From Bdellovibrionales bacterium (GTDB lineage: Bacteria > Bdellovibrionota > Bdellovibrionia > Bdellovibrionales > JAGQZY01), in contig JAYUQP010000040.1 of assembly GCA_043757265.1 (NCBI GenBank), positions 70,449 through 134,448 of the forward strand: a stretch of DNA of 64,000 nt, given 5' to 3'. This document shows positions 27,443-37,140 of the stretch, piece by piece (position 1 is the first letter of the stretch; each line of letters begins with the position of its first letter). Below the pieces are notes generated by a model. The model had not been told where the DNA came from, made no database searches, and was given only the letters and a program-made list of their open reading frames with translations. A program made the position numbers and the translations under genes.

Positions 27443-28174
27443 ATGCACAAAGATAATTTACCAAAAGTTTTAAGTAAAATTAAAATCACAGATAGCCTCC
27501 TTGATATCGGCGGTTGGGCACAGCCACTCGAAAGAGCGGACTACGTTATCGATGCGATGCCTTACGATACACGAGGCAGAAAAGGTCAGATCGGAACGCC
27601 TGAGAAATTTACAAAAGAGACGTGGATCGAGTTTGATATTTGTGGACGTAAGCCGTGGCCCTTTCGCGATAAACAATTTGATTTCGTAATTTGTTCTCAC
27701 GTACTGGAAGACATCCGCGATCCATTGTGGGTTTGCAGCGAAATGATACGCGTTGCAAAGGCTGGCTATATCGAAACACCCACTCGTGCAGCTGAATATC
27801 TTTATGGAGTTCAAGCTTTCGATTATACCGGGTTTCAGCACCACCGCTGGTTTGTAGAGGCAAAAGATAATGCTTTGCATTTTACGCAAAAAACTCCGCT
27901 CGTGTCATCAAAGCAAAAGGGCTACTACTTAATTCATACTCCGTCCATTCTCAGTTTCTTTTGGCAAGACAATTTCGAATATGAAGAGATTTTTGCCGGC
28001 GTGGACATGTATCTTACCGGCGATAAGATCAAGCATTGGCAGCACGGGTACGAAGAAACCATGCCAACCAAGATCAAAGTGGCGAATGAGATATGCCGAT
28101 GGTTACCAACAAATTATCTCAAAAAAAATGTTCAAAAAACATTTCGCTCCATCTGGAAACTCGCACGTATTTAA
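27443..28174 (+). CDS. Class I SAM-dependent methyltransferase (putative)
   Basis: Contains LLDIGG and FDFVICSHVLEDIRDPLWVCSEMIRVAKAGYIE. Confidence 0.65.
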   Translation: MHKDNLPKVLSKIKITDSLLDIGGWAQPLERADYVIDAMPYDTRGRKGQIGTPEKFTKETWIEFDICGRKPWPFRDKQFDFVICSHVLEDIRDPLWVCSEMIRVAKAGYIETPTRAAEYLYGVQAFDYTGFQHHRWFVEAKDNALHFTQKTPLVSSKQKGYYLIHTPSILSFFWQDNFEYEEIFAGVDMYLTGDKIKHWQHGYEETMPTKIKVANEICRWLPTNYLKKNVQKTFRSIWKLARI

Positions 28175-28186
28175 GGGAGCGTCGCC

Positions 28187-29287
28187 TTGAAGATCGCCGA
28201 AATCTGCTTGAACTCCTCGCTCGGTGGCCTTGAACTTTACTATTTTTGGTGCTGCAGGTATTTTCGAAATTCAAAGCACGAATTAACCGCGATCACAGTG
28301 CCCGGTAGCCGTCTCGAATCCTTTCTGAAGGAAGAAAGTATAATTCCAGAGTTGATTTCTAAAAGCGGAATTTTGGGAAAAGTTCGTGCTGCTCGTGCAT
28401 TGGCGAAATTATTCGAAAAGAAAAAAATAGATTTGGTGCACGTGCATTTTGCCAAAGACCTGCCCATTGTGGCCCTTGCCAAATCCCTGAGCCGGCAGCC
28501 TGTTCGTTTAATTCATTCCCGACAAATGGAAATGCCAGGACATAAAAAGGATATCTACCATCGCTGGGTGTACTCGAAAGTCGACCATATTTTATGTGTT
28601 ACCGATAAGCTAACCAATGACGTGCGAGAGCGTGTTCCACTTTTAGCAAAAAAAATTTCACGATTGTATTACGGAGTTCCCAGGCCTGCAAAAAATCTGG
28701 CCGCAGAGGTTACGTTTTTGGAAAAGTTTCCTTCGTCCAAACGAAAAGTGGCGATGTTTTCACGGCTAGAAAAAAGTAAAGGGCAGTATCGCTTGATAGA
28801 AGCGTTGAGGCATCTCAAGCAACAGGCTTGCGACTTTCAGCTTTATTTGTTTGGGCACTTTATGGAGGCAGACACTTACGAAGCAGATCTTAGAAATCAA
28901 ATAGCTGCCGACAACTTAACGAACTCGGTGTATTGGTGCGGGTTTCAAAAAAATCCTGGTGAACTTATGCCGTGTTTTGATTTGATTGTACTGCCTAGCG
29001 ATCAAGAGACATTTGGCTTGGTGTTGATCGAAGCGATGGCTGCGGGAGTAGCTATTATGGGCTCGAACACAGGCGGAGTACCAGAAATTATAGAGGACGG
29101 TGTAAATGGCTACACCTTTAGTCCGAACAACAATGAAGAATTTTGCGCTAAAATTAAATCAATCTTGATGGATTCAACGCTCCGTTTAAATTTCAAAAAA
29201 GCCGGATTACAAAAGTACGAAGAACTCTTCCGTGATGAAATGCATTTTTCAGAACTAGAACGGATTTTTGAGGAGCAAGTGCTTTGA
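28187..29287 (+). CDS. GT-B glycosyltransferase (GT4-like)
   Basis: TTG start after AAGGGAG. Contains PSDQETFGLVLIEAMAAGVAIMGSNTGGVPEIIEDGVNGY. Confidence 0.88.
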   Translation: MKIAEICLNSSLGGLELYYFWCCRYFRNSKHELTAITVPGSRLESFLKEESIIPELISKSGILGKVRAARALAKLFEKKKIDLVHVHFAKDLPIVALAKSLSRQPVRLIHSRQMEMPGHKKDIYHRWVYSKVDHILCVTDKLTNDVRERVPLLAKKISRLYYGVPRPAKNLAAEVTFLEKFPSSKRKVAMFSRLEKSKGQYRLIEALRHLKQQACDFQLYLFGHFMEADTYEADLRNQIAADNLTNSVYWCGFQKNPGELMPCFDLIVLPSDQETFGLVLIEAMAAGVAIMGSNTGGVPEIIEDGVNGYTFSPNNNEEFCAKIKSILMDSTLRLNFKKAGLQKYEELFRDEMHFSELERIFEEQVL

Positions 29288-30309
29288 CGGGAAGTGAACA
29301 GAAGTCATTGATTTCGGTGATTATGCCAGCCTACAACTGCGCTTCATTTGTAAAAATGGCTATTCAATCAGTGCTGTTACAAACCTATTCGTCTTGGGAA
29401 TTGCTCATTGCTGATGATGGTTCGACCGATAACACACGAGCGATGATTGATGGCCTCGACGACGACCGAATTCGTCGGTTTCATTCGGACACTAACCAAG
29501 GGCAGGTGGTTCGTTGCAACGAACTAATCAATCAGGCTCGCGGAGAGTTTGTTATCCGTCTTGATGCCGATGATTGGATGTCCCAAAATCGTTTAGAATT
29601 GCAGCTCAATGAATTTAAAAAGAATCCAAAACTTGAATTCGTTTTAGGTGGCGTTACCCGTGTGGACAATAATAATGAGCTCATAACACGAAAAAATTTG
29701 GAGTTTCGGGCCTATCCTTTAAATCATCAGGGCATTGTTGACCACATCCAGAAAAAAGACGGAATCCCGTGCGACGCCATGGCTGTAATGATGTTCAAAC
29801 TCGCAAGTTTTAAAAAACTCGGAGGATTTCGCGAAGAGTTTAGCTCCATTGGATCCGAGGATATTGATTTATTTTTACGCTTGTTGTTGTTAGGAGAGGT
29901 GAGCGCGATTTCGCAGATCCTCTACTATTACCGTTACAACCCAATCTCGAGTTCACGTAGCATGAGTCTGAATCCTCTGAAATTAAATTCGAATAAGCTT
30001 GTGTTTTTTCTCTACAAGCAGCGACTTTCCAACCAAGGACTAGATGATCTTTCTGGATTGAACTCTGGTAATTACGACCGTTTCAAAAATGAAATTTTGG
30101 CGAAATATAAGAAAGATCCAGCACTGATTTATCTTCATCATGTGAAAGCCGAAAATCTTCCTGTGGAAGATAGATTAGCGGCAGTGGTAAAATCCATTCG
30201 CCTGAATCCATTTAAAATTAAATCCTATCGATATTTTGTAAGGTTACTGCCAGAATTTTTAAAAAAAAATGGAAAAATAATATTTAAGCAATTTCGAAAA
30301 TGGCAGTGA
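29284..30309 (+). CDS. Family 2 glycosyltransferase
   Basis: Contains SVIMPAYNCASFV...LLIADDGSTDNT and RLDADD. TTGA overlap with the upstream gene. Confidence 0.88.
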   Translation: MTGSEQKSLISVIMPAYNCASFVKMAIQSVLLQTYSSWELLIADDGSTDNTRAMIDGLDDDRIRRFHSDTNQGQVVRCNELINQARGEFVIRLDADDWMSQNRLELQLNEFKKNPKLEFVLGGVTRVDNNNELITRKNLEFRAYPLNHQGIVDHIQKKDGIPCDAMAVMMFKLASFKKLGGFREEFSSIGSEDIDLFLRLLLLGEVSAISQILYYYRYNPISSSRSMSLNPLKLNSNKLVFFLYKQRLSNQGLDDLSGLNSGNYDRFKNEILAKYKKDPALIYLHHVKAENLPVEDRLAAVVKSIRLNPFKIKSYRYFVRLLPEFLKKNGKIIFKQFRKWQ

Positions 30310-30335
30310 CAAGAGAGAATCATTTTGGCGAAAAA

Positions 30336-31499
30336 TCATAAACCAAAAATTTCTCGGACACCTTTGTCCCAAGGGATACATCGTACGCCTTCGATGTCTT
30401 TTTCTATCTTGTCTTGAGAAAGTAGATAAGCTTGTTCATGATGCAAATCCTTTTTTATTTTTATTAAAGAGCTAACATCTTCACTCTTAATTTTACTCGT
30501 CGACTTGATTTCGACAAGAATCGGTTTTCCCCTAGGCTTTTCAATAATGAGATCGATCTCTACATCATCTTTTGTACGTAAGTAGGAAAATTGCCAGTGG
30601 AGGTTCAGGGCAGAGTTTATCTTTATAAACTCATAAATTAAAAACGTTTCGAAGAGGTTTCCATATTCATAGTTTGATGCGGACAGCGATTCACTGACTA
30701 CATTTTTTAAAGTGCGTACGACACCCGTATCAAAAAAATAAAACTTACTTTTTGCGGTTTGTCTTTTCCGTAGGGATTGGTGAAAAGGCTCGAGATAAGC
30801 ACCGATGAGAGTATCAACAAGAATTTCGTAGTGACGGGCCACTTGTCTTTGAGGAACACCGCTGTCGCGTTCAATGTGAGATTGGTTGATAATCTGTGCA
30901 TTGCACTGAGCGGCAGAGCTCAAAAATCTTCTAAAGGGGTCGAGATTTCGCACGAGTTGTTCGGCAGCGACTTCTTCTTTGAGGTATGTTTGCACATACG
31001 AAAATAGCGCGTCCACTTTGTCGTTGGTATTAAGGTTTTTTTCAGTCCACAGACGGGGCAACAGACCAAGCGAGAGACTGGTGTTCAAATCAAAGTCATT
31101 TCCCAACTCAACAGATGAAAACGGATAGAGCTCTCGACTTGCAGCCCGTCCCCCAAGAAGATTAGCCCCACCCCTTTTCAGTTTTCTTGAACTAGAACCT
31201 GTCAGAGCAAAATTTATCCGATATTCCTCTATCCCTCGGTGAACTACATCGAGAAGTTTGGGAATTTTTTGAACTTCGTCGATGATAATCCACTTTTTTT
31301 TCCCCTGCGCTCGCCATTGATCAAGTAATTGATCCGGGTCTTTATTCAATTCGAACTCTGAACGTTGATTAAGCAGATCCACCCAGAAACAATCAGTTTC
31401 GATAAACTCATTCCGCAACCACGTTGATTTACCGGAGCCTCTTGGCCCAAATAAGAAAAAGCTTTGAGATTTCGATATCTTAAGTAGCCTGTTAATCAT
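30336..31499 (-). CDS. AAA+ ATPase fused to a PD-(D/E)xK-type C-terminal domain (AAA_14 plus DUF4143 architecture)
   Basis: Walker A GPRGSGKST and Walker B WIIIDEVQ. C-terminal DDVEIDLIIE...ILVEIKS is a D...E-x-K nuclease-like motif. Confidence 0.8.
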   Translation of the reverse strand: MINRLLKISKSQSFFLFGPRGSGKSTWLRNEFIETDCFWVDLLNQRSEFELNKDPDQLLDQWRAQGKKKWIIIDEVQKIPKLLDVVHRGIEEYRINFALTGSSSRKLKRGGANLLGGRAASRELYPFSSVELGNDFDLNTSLSLGLLPRLWTEKNLNTNDKVDALFSYVQTYLKEEVAAEQLVRNLDPFRRFLSSAAQCNAQIINQSHIERDSGVPQRQVARHYEILVDTLIGAYLEPFHQSLRKRQTAKSKFYFFDTGVVRTLKNVVSESLSASNYEYGNLFETFLIYEFIKINSALNLHWQFSYLRTKDDVEIDLIIEKPRGKPILVEIKSTSKIKSEDVSSLIKIKKDLHHEQAYLLSQDKIEKDIEGVRCIPWDKGVREIFGL

Positions 31500-31535
31500 A
31501 TGTCTAGATTGTACGACATTCTAGACATATATGTC
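31500..31535. promoter_or_regulatory. Perfect 9-bp inverted repeat plus overlapping 12-bp palindrome abutting the ATPase start codon
   Basis: atgtctaga (31500-31508), 11-nt spacer, tctagacat (31520-31528). Palindrome gacatatatgtc at 31524-31535. The GACAT/ATGTC pentamer occurs 4 times. Confidence 0.5.
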
Positions 31536-31559
31536 AACGACGGCACCTTATGAGTCCAG

Positions 31560-32387
31560 CTAAGTGAAATCCATTTTTTGAACCGAACGAGGAAAGAATT
31601 TTTCTCGCAAAGAAAGTTTTATGTTTTTCATTTTATCAATGGCCTCAGTCTGAAGACCTTCGAGGTTGATAAACAATTCGTTACGCAAATAAATCAAATT
31701 GAATTGCCTTGCATATTCGATATCACGCAAAAATATGGAGTATCCAAGATCGCTGAGGGTTTGATCTATTTCGGGAGCTAAAGATTGATTTTTCCAGTAA
31801 GCAACCTCTTCCAGTTCCAATTTTAGAAAAAGGCAGCTTTTGGACAGTAATGCTTGTTTTGCCCCATCAAGCACCTGCGCAGTGTAGCCCTCGACGTCCA
31901 ACCAAATGCAAAACGAGTCGATGGGGGCTTGCTGCTGGACCACTTTATCTACAGTAGTCATCATCACTTGGATGGGGATAAATTCACCTTCTTGTTTTTT
32001 GAGAAAGGAAGAATTTCCGGCCAAAATATCGTTTTGAGCAGCGAAAAACGTACTTTGGCCTTCACTTTCACCAAGGCCAAAATTTAGCGTTACAACTCCG
32101 TGTTTTTTGGCTTTTTCGGTTTTCGATTGAAACACGTGAGGGTTTGCTTCAACAGCGACGGCTTTCTTTCCACCTTGGTGCAAAAATCTGACGCTTGCAC
32201 TTGCCTCATGAGCACCAAATTCGAAACAAACATCTGGATTTAATACTTTTGCGGCTTTAAAAAAGTATTCATCTAGAATGAGCGATGTTTTATGGCGAAA
32301 GATATCTGCACTTTTTGTGCGTTTAGGAAGGCGCTGCTCAAGATATGCCTTAGCGAATTCTTGATGCTGTGAAAGTGTTTTAAGCAC
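31560..32387 (-). CDS. FkbM-family methyltransferase
   Basis: Contains CFEFGAHEASASVRF, AVEANPHVF and NFGLGESEGQSTFF. Confidence 0.8.
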   Translation of the reverse strand: MLKTLSQHQEFAKAYLEQRLPKRTKSADIFRHKTSLILDEYFFKAAKVLNPDVCFEFGAHEASASVRFLHQGGKKAVAVEANPHVFQSKTEKAKKHGVVTLNFGLGESEGQSTFFAAQNDILAGNSSFLKKQEGEFIPIQVMMTTVDKVVQQQAPIDSFCIWLDVEGYTAQVLDGAKQALLSKSCLFLKLELEEVAYWKNQSLAPEIDQTLSDLGYSIFLRDIEYARQFNLIYLRNELFINLEGLQTEAIDKMKNIKLSLREKFFPRSVQKMDFT

Positions 32388-32415
32388 GCTTGGTCCCTTC
32401 GTAAAACAGGGCTAT

Positions 32416-33633
32416 CTAACTTGGAAAGTCTTGTTGCCGCAAATACTCCACGAGAGCCGTGTACAAAATATACTGGTGGGTGAGTTCAATATCTTCAAAA
32501 TTGCATTCAGTAAGCCCGCCAATCAGAAGCACCATCTGTGCCCCTAGGGCACCAATGTACAGCGTTTTATGAAGTCTGTGGGGACTGTAGCGGATTCCTT
32601 GAATTGTGCTTTTCAAGTTTAAAACAACAAACAGCATAAAAAACAACAAGCCGAGAGAGCCTAGCCCAGAAAGAAAATTGAGATACGTATTGTGCGGGTG
32701 ACCCCGCATCACTTCGGGTCTATCCAAAACATCTAAATAAGAATCGATTTGTATTTCATTCTGATTGAAGCCGATACCAACCCAAGGGTTTTCTTTAAAG
32801 ATATTCCAGTTGGCCTTCCAAAGGTAGATACGGGTGTGATTTGCAACGTAGTTCAGGTCGAAAATGGAATCAATTCGTTGCTGAAGAGAGGGCATGCTGG
32901 TGTAAAAAAGAGGCAATAAGATTATAAAAACAAGAAAAATACGCAAGAATATTTTCTTATTAATGAGGTAGAGCAAGCTCGCAACGCTGGCAACAAAAGA
33001 AATCCACGCAGCACGTGTGAAGGTGAGAAAAATATTGGCGGATGAAATAAAAAAATAAAATCGGGTGACACGGTCTTGCCATTTCGCCCGGGGTTTTTCC
33101 CGAAGCCAAAAGGCAAGGCTGAACGCAAAAAACATGGAGCTCGCGTAAGCGTAAGTCGTTGGTAAACTAAAAAATGAATTTGGCCGATAGTAGGGAGAAC
33201 CCTCGTAAATTTTGTGGAAAACAGGGTGTGAGCGAAAAAAATCGTGCCCTGCAAAAAATTGATAACATGAGTAAAATCCAGCTAAAATAAGAAGGCATTG
33301 GGTGTAGAAAACAAGTTTACCAAAATCGATGCGTTTGAAACATAAATTATAAAACTGAAGAAGTCCGAGATATATCAACATCCAGCGAAACTCGCCGACG
33401 TAATCCAAAAAGCCACCCAGGGGCAAAGAGTTAGCAAAAAAGCTGGTTATGGCAACGGTGAAAAGTCCTGCAAGGGCGATTAAGAAAATTTTAGAGGGTA
33501 GGATCCAATTTTTTGTGTAGAGTGCGACACCTAGACTTGAAACATAAACAAGTGGGCAGAGCGTTTCCATCGCTGCAACAGAAGTGTGTAAGCTTAAAAA
33601 GTATGCAAAAAATAGAAAAATGAGTGCCTGCAA
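32416..33633 (-). CDS. O-antigen ligase/polymerase-family membrane protein (Wzy_C / WaaL-like)
   Basis: 405 aa with about 10-12 TM segments. Contains the FTRAAWISF loop motif typical of the Wzy_C domain. Confidence 0.75.
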   Translation of the reverse strand: MQALIFLFFAYFLSLHTSVAAMETLCPLVYVSSLGVALYTKNWILPSKIFLIALAGLFTVAITSFFANSLPLGGFLDYVGEFRWMLIYLGLLQFYNLCFKRIDFGKLVFYTQCLLILAGFYSCYQFFAGHDFFRSHPVFHKIYEGSPYYRPNSFFSLPTTYAYASSMFFAFSLAFWLREKPRAKWQDRVTRFYFFISSANIFLTFTRAAWISFVASVASLLYLINKKIFLRIFLVFIILLPLFYTSMPSLQQRIDSIFDLNYVANHTRIYLWKANWNIFKENPWVGIGFNQNEIQIDSYLDVLDRPEVMRGHPHNTYLNFLSGLGSLGLLFFMLFVVLNLKSTIQGIRYSPHRLHKTLYIGALGAQMVLLIGGLTECNFEDIELTHQYILYTALVEYLRQQDFPS

Positions 33634-33660
33634 CTGTCCCCGCCTGAGGTCATGACAATA

Positions 33661-34554
33661 TCAAAGTTGGGCAGAATGCAAAACAGAATTATTTGCCTGG
33701 GTCTGCATTTTTGTGGGCGCAGGTATATAGTACTCCACTCGGTTATTAAGAGTTTCTCGGAGGGGGTCCTGCAACCATCCCCATTTATTGAAGTACAGCA
33801 TCATACTTTTTAAGAACGATACAAAAAGCTTCAAACTTCTGTAAGCGCCACGTGACCAATGGTGATACGCAACAAGGTCCGAAAATACGACGGTCTTGTA
33901 GTCTTCAGAAATTCGACGAGAAAGATCGGTATCTTCAAGATACAAAAAGTATCGTTCATCAAAACCCTTTTGAGCGCGGAAGGCGTCTGATCTAAAAAAC
34001 ATAAAGCATCCAGAGATTGTGGGACACATAAAAGTTTTATTGAGTTCGATGTCCTTGAGTTGATACCGCTTGTAGCTTTCGGTTTTAAAAAAATCTGTCT
34101 TCAATTTACAGCTTAAAAAACTGACAAAAAGATCGATGGGGCGAGGAATACGGCGGTTAATCATCTGTAGTTTTCCTGATGGATGACGAATCTGCGGGAT
34201 ACAAAGGCCGATGTCCGAATCCTGCTTCATTCGCGATGAGAGCTCTGAAATAAGCTCTCCATCGAAAAATACATCAGGGTTTAGAACCAGAAAAAACCGA
34301 GGACTATGAAGGTGAACAGCAGAAAGCAAGTTTTGGTTGTGGGCCCGGCCGAAACCTAAATTTTCGCCATTAAACGTGTACTTCAAGGGTTTACTGCAAA
34401 TTAGCTGTGAAATATCAAGACTACGAGGCGAGTTGTCAGATAATAGAATCTGAAGATTTACTGAAGACTTGCAAATGCTATTGAGCGTTTGCTGTAACTG
34501 CTCAATTTTAGGGTTATAAACGACAATTGAAACGATGAGCTCGAAGTGATTCAT
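33661..34554 (-). CDS. Family 2 glycosyltransferase (rhamnosyltransferase-like)
   Basis: Start moved to MNHFELIVSIVVYN (ATG at 34554, GAGGG upstream). Contains FGRAHN, YLEDTDLS and VAYHH. Confidence 0.8.
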   Translation of the reverse strand: MNHFELIVSIVVYNPKIEQLQQTLNSICKSSVNLQILLSDNSPRSLDISQLICSKPLKYTFNGENLGFGRAHNQNLLSAVHLHSPRFFLVLNPDVFFDGELISELSSRMKQDSDIGLCIPQIRHPSGKLQMINRRIPRPIDLFVSFLSCKLKTDFFKTESYKRYQLKDIELNKTFMCPTISGCFMFFRSDAFRAQKGFDERYFLYLEDTDLSRRISEDYKTVVFSDLVAYHHWSRGAYRSLKLFVSFLKSMMLYFNKWGWLQDPLRETLNNRVEYYIPAPTKMQTQANNSVLHSAQL

Positions 34555-34602
34555 TTGATGCTTAACCCTCGCTATCAGATTTATTTTAATGCAATGCAAA
34601 AA

Positions 34603-34622
34603 GCAATGAAATTTTACATTGC
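34603..34622. promoter_or_regulatory. Dyad gcaatg-N8-cattgc in the divergent intergenic region
   Basis: gcaatg at 34603-34608 and cattgc at 34617-34622. An extra direct gcaatg lies at 34591-34596. Confidence 0.25.
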
Positions 34623-34667
34623 GCTCGGTCGATGCCCCGATAAAAAGTAGGGGCACTGCGGGGTAAG

Positions 34668-35519
34668 ATGGGATTCCTTAGAAAATTAGTAAAATTAACG
34701 GCTTCAGGTTATTCCGGGTGGATTTTATACCGGGTTCGCAGATATTTGCGATCTTTTGCAGGGTTGCCCTTGGCAGCACCTAGGGCGGCTGAAAACCTGT
34801 CCGCCAGTCAAATCCACTCAATTATGAGCGAGTTCAATGGAGCCTTTCGGGTTTCAAGCAGCAAAGCCATGTGCATCCATCTGTACTATACGGACGTTAT
34901 ACAAGAAATCCTAACTAGTCATTTTTATTTGGAAGAGAAATGTGATCTTTATATTTCGATAGGCCCCCAGGTAACTGTTGAGTTCTTTAATCGTTTGAAG
35001 GCATTCAAGGGAACAGTCAAAATCTATCAATTTGAAAACATGGGTCGGGATATCTTCCCTTTTTTGAAAATATATCCTGATTTAGCAAATGCGAACTATC
35101 AATGGGTTTGCAAGCTGCATAGCAAGCGCTCGCCCCAAATTCGAGACGGAGAACTTTGGCGTCGAGATATTATTTCCGATTTATTGTCTCTGCAAGCGAG
35201 ATCAAAACTTCAAACAGATCGGGTGCCCGCGATTGTGGCTCCGCAGTACGGTCTTTTGCCAGTAGAACTATTTATGGGTGGGAACGCTCCGACAATGCGA
35301 AAACTTCTCGAAGATATGGGCCTGGAACGCAGTAACATGGACTTTTTGTTTATCTCAGGGTCGATGTTTTGGTTTCGTCCGCAAAGTTTAAAAAAATTAT
35401 TAAATCTAAAGAACGTTGAAACATATTTTACCGATGCCTACCGGATCGACGGAAACGCAGAGCACGCCTTTGAACGACTTTTTTATTTTATAGCTCAAGA
35501 ATCAGAGCGTACCATCTGA
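34668..35519 (+). CDS. Rhamnan-synthesis protein F (RgpF)-like protein
   Basis: Contains IHLYYTDV, NMGRDIFPFLKIY, KLHSKRS and GELWRRD. Confidence 0.65.
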   Translation: MGFLRKLVKLTASGYSGWILYRVRRYLRSFAGLPLAAPRAAENLSASQIHSIMSEFNGAFRVSSSKAMCIHLYYTDVIQEILTSHFYLEEKCDLYISIGPQVTVEFFNRLKAFKGTVKIYQFENMGRDIFPFLKIYPDLANANYQWVCKLHSKRSPQIRDGELWRRDIISDLLSLQARSKLQTDRVPAIVAPQYGLLPVELFMGGNAPTMRKLLEDMGLERSNMDFLFISGSMFWFRPQSLKKLLNLKNVETYFTDAYRIDGNAEHAFERLFYFIAQESERTI

Positions 35520-36502
35520 ATCCAATCCTTATTTTTTGAATACCAGCTGACTGTTGAATGAAGCCCCTCTTCGAAAGAAACCGTCGGCGCCCAACCAAGT
35601 TCGGACTGAGCTTTTGTAAAATCAATGGCGTAACGCCAGTCGTGGCCCTTGCGATCTTCGACGTAAGTAATCAGAGATTCCGGCTTTTTAAGAATGGTGA
35701 GAATAGTTTTAACCACATCGATGTTGCGCCGCTCTGATTGCCCACCAAAGTTGTAGACGGAACCTGGTGTGCCTTTTTCGAAAACCGACCAAATACCTCG
35801 ATTGTGATCATCGACAAAAATCCAGTCGCGAATATTTTTACCGTTTCCGTAAACTGGCAACGGCTTATCTTCCATGGCGTTGAGGGTCATCAATGGAATG
35901 AGTTTTTCGGGAAATTGATAAGCGCCGTAGTTGTTTGAGCAGCGAGTGATACAAACATTCAATTTAAATGTTTCAAAGTAAGCGCGAACTAATAAGTCAG
36001 AACCTGCTTTGCTTGCACTGTAGGGACTGTTTGGAGCAAGTGGAGTTTGCTCGGTGAAACCGGGAGATTGCTCTTCAAGAGAACCGTAAACCTCGTCAGT
36101 GCTCACGTGTACAAACTTGAAATCAGGATTTTTTTCAACCATCTTCAATGAAGCATTAAGCAAATTGAGTGTGCCTAAAACATTTGTTTCAACAAAAATA
36201 TTGGGTGATTCAATGGAACGGTCAACGTGGGATTCTGCAGCAAAATGTATGATGCCCACTGGCTGGGTTTCGACAAAAACTTTCTGAACAACCGCAGAAT
36301 TTCGAATATCGACTTTTTGAAACTTAAGATGCGAAAAAGCATCAAGCTCGGGCTGAATTGTTTGCAGGCGTCCGGCGTAAGTAAGAGCATCAATTATTAC
36401 GAAGTTGTATTGGCTGCGAACAGCTTCGATGCAGGTAATTTTTTTAACAAAGTTACTGCCGATAAAACCTGCGCAGCCAGTCAACAGTACGGTGGGCTTC
36501 AT
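35495..36502 (-). CDS. rfbB: dTDP-glucose 4,6-dehydratase
   Basis: Contains LLTGCAGFIGSNF, YSASKAGSD and a conserved length of 335 aa. Confidence 0.93.
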   Translation of the reverse strand: MKPTVLLTGCAGFIGSNFVKKITCIEAVRSQYNFVIIDALTYAGRLQTIQPELDAFSHLKFQKVDIRNSAVVQKVFVETQPVGIIHFAAESHVDRSIESPNIFVETNVLGTLNLLNASLKMVEKNPDFKFVHVSTDEVYGSLEEQSPGFTEQTPLAPNSPYSASKAGSDLLVRAYFETFKLNVCITRCSNNYGAYQFPEKLIPLMTLNAMEDKPLPVYGNGKNIRDWIFVDDHNRGIWSVFEKGTPGSVYNFGGQSERRNIDVVKTILTILKKPESLITYVEDRKGHDWRYAIDFTKAQSELGWAPTVSFEEGLHSTVSWYSKNKDWIQMVRSDS

Positions 36503-37050
36503 ATTTTTTCTCTTTGCAAAAATTGATTTAAATTAGGCAACATTTTATCTTTATCCGACAGGACGAGCGATTCGTGTGGGATTTTCCAATCAATCGAAAG
36601 ATCTGGGTCGTCAAATTTAATTCCACCCTCACTTTCTTTGTTATAATAATTATCAACTTTATAAAAAAACTCAGCCGTGTGACTTAAAACGACAAACCCA
36701 TGGGCGAAACCGCGCGGGATGTAAAGAGATGTGGGATCTTCAGACTTTAATTCAAGTCCATACCAGTGGCGGAACGTGGGTGAATTTACACGAAGGTCCA
36801 CAGCCACATCAAACACGTGGCCGGTAAGTACCGTAACCAGTTTTGCCTGTGCGTGTTCTCCACGCTGCAAATGCAGGCCGCGAAGTGTTCCTTGCTGCGA
36901 AAATGAGCGATTGTCTTGCACAAAAGGTTTGGTTAATCCACGTTCTTTGAAATGCGATGCGTTAAAGCTTTCGAAAAAGTATCCGCGTGCGTCTTTTAAG
37001 ACTTTCGGTCGGTAAATAAGAAGATCTTTTAGCGGCGTCTCAATGAACAT
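36499..37050 (-). CDS. rfbC: dTDP-4-dehydrorhamnose 3,5-epimerase
   Basis: Contains DARGYFFESF, RGLHLQ and PRGFAHGF. 4-nt overlap with rfbB. Confidence 0.93.
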   Translation of the reverse strand: MFIETPLKDLLIYRPKVLKDARGYFFESFNASHFKERGLTKPFVQDNRSFSQQGTLRGLHLQRGEHAQAKLVTVLTGHVFDVAVDLRVNSPTFRHWYGLELKSEDPTSLYIPRGFAHGFVVLSHTAEFFYKVDNYYNKESEGGIKFDDPDLSIDWKIPHESLVLSDKDKMLPNLNQFLQREKI

Positions 37051-37084
37051 CTTGAGCTCCAGGTTTTATTACTTTAAGAGTTTT

Positions 37085-37114
37085 TTGCAATGACAAAGTA
37101 AATGGGGTTATATT
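37085..37114 (+). promoter_or_regulatory. Candidate promoter for rfbA
   Basis: TTGCAA (37085-37090), 18-nt spacer, TATATT (37109-37114). An AAGAGGA RBS precedes the ATG at 37141. Confidence 0.3.
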
Positions 37115-37140
37115 CCGTTTCTTTACCATAAAGAGGATCT

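Noticed and set aside
27470-27889. 139-aa minus-strand ORF antisense to the methyltransferase at 27443..28174
   Set aside because: The + strand ORF has methyltransferase motifs and fits the operon spacing. The antisense ORF has none.
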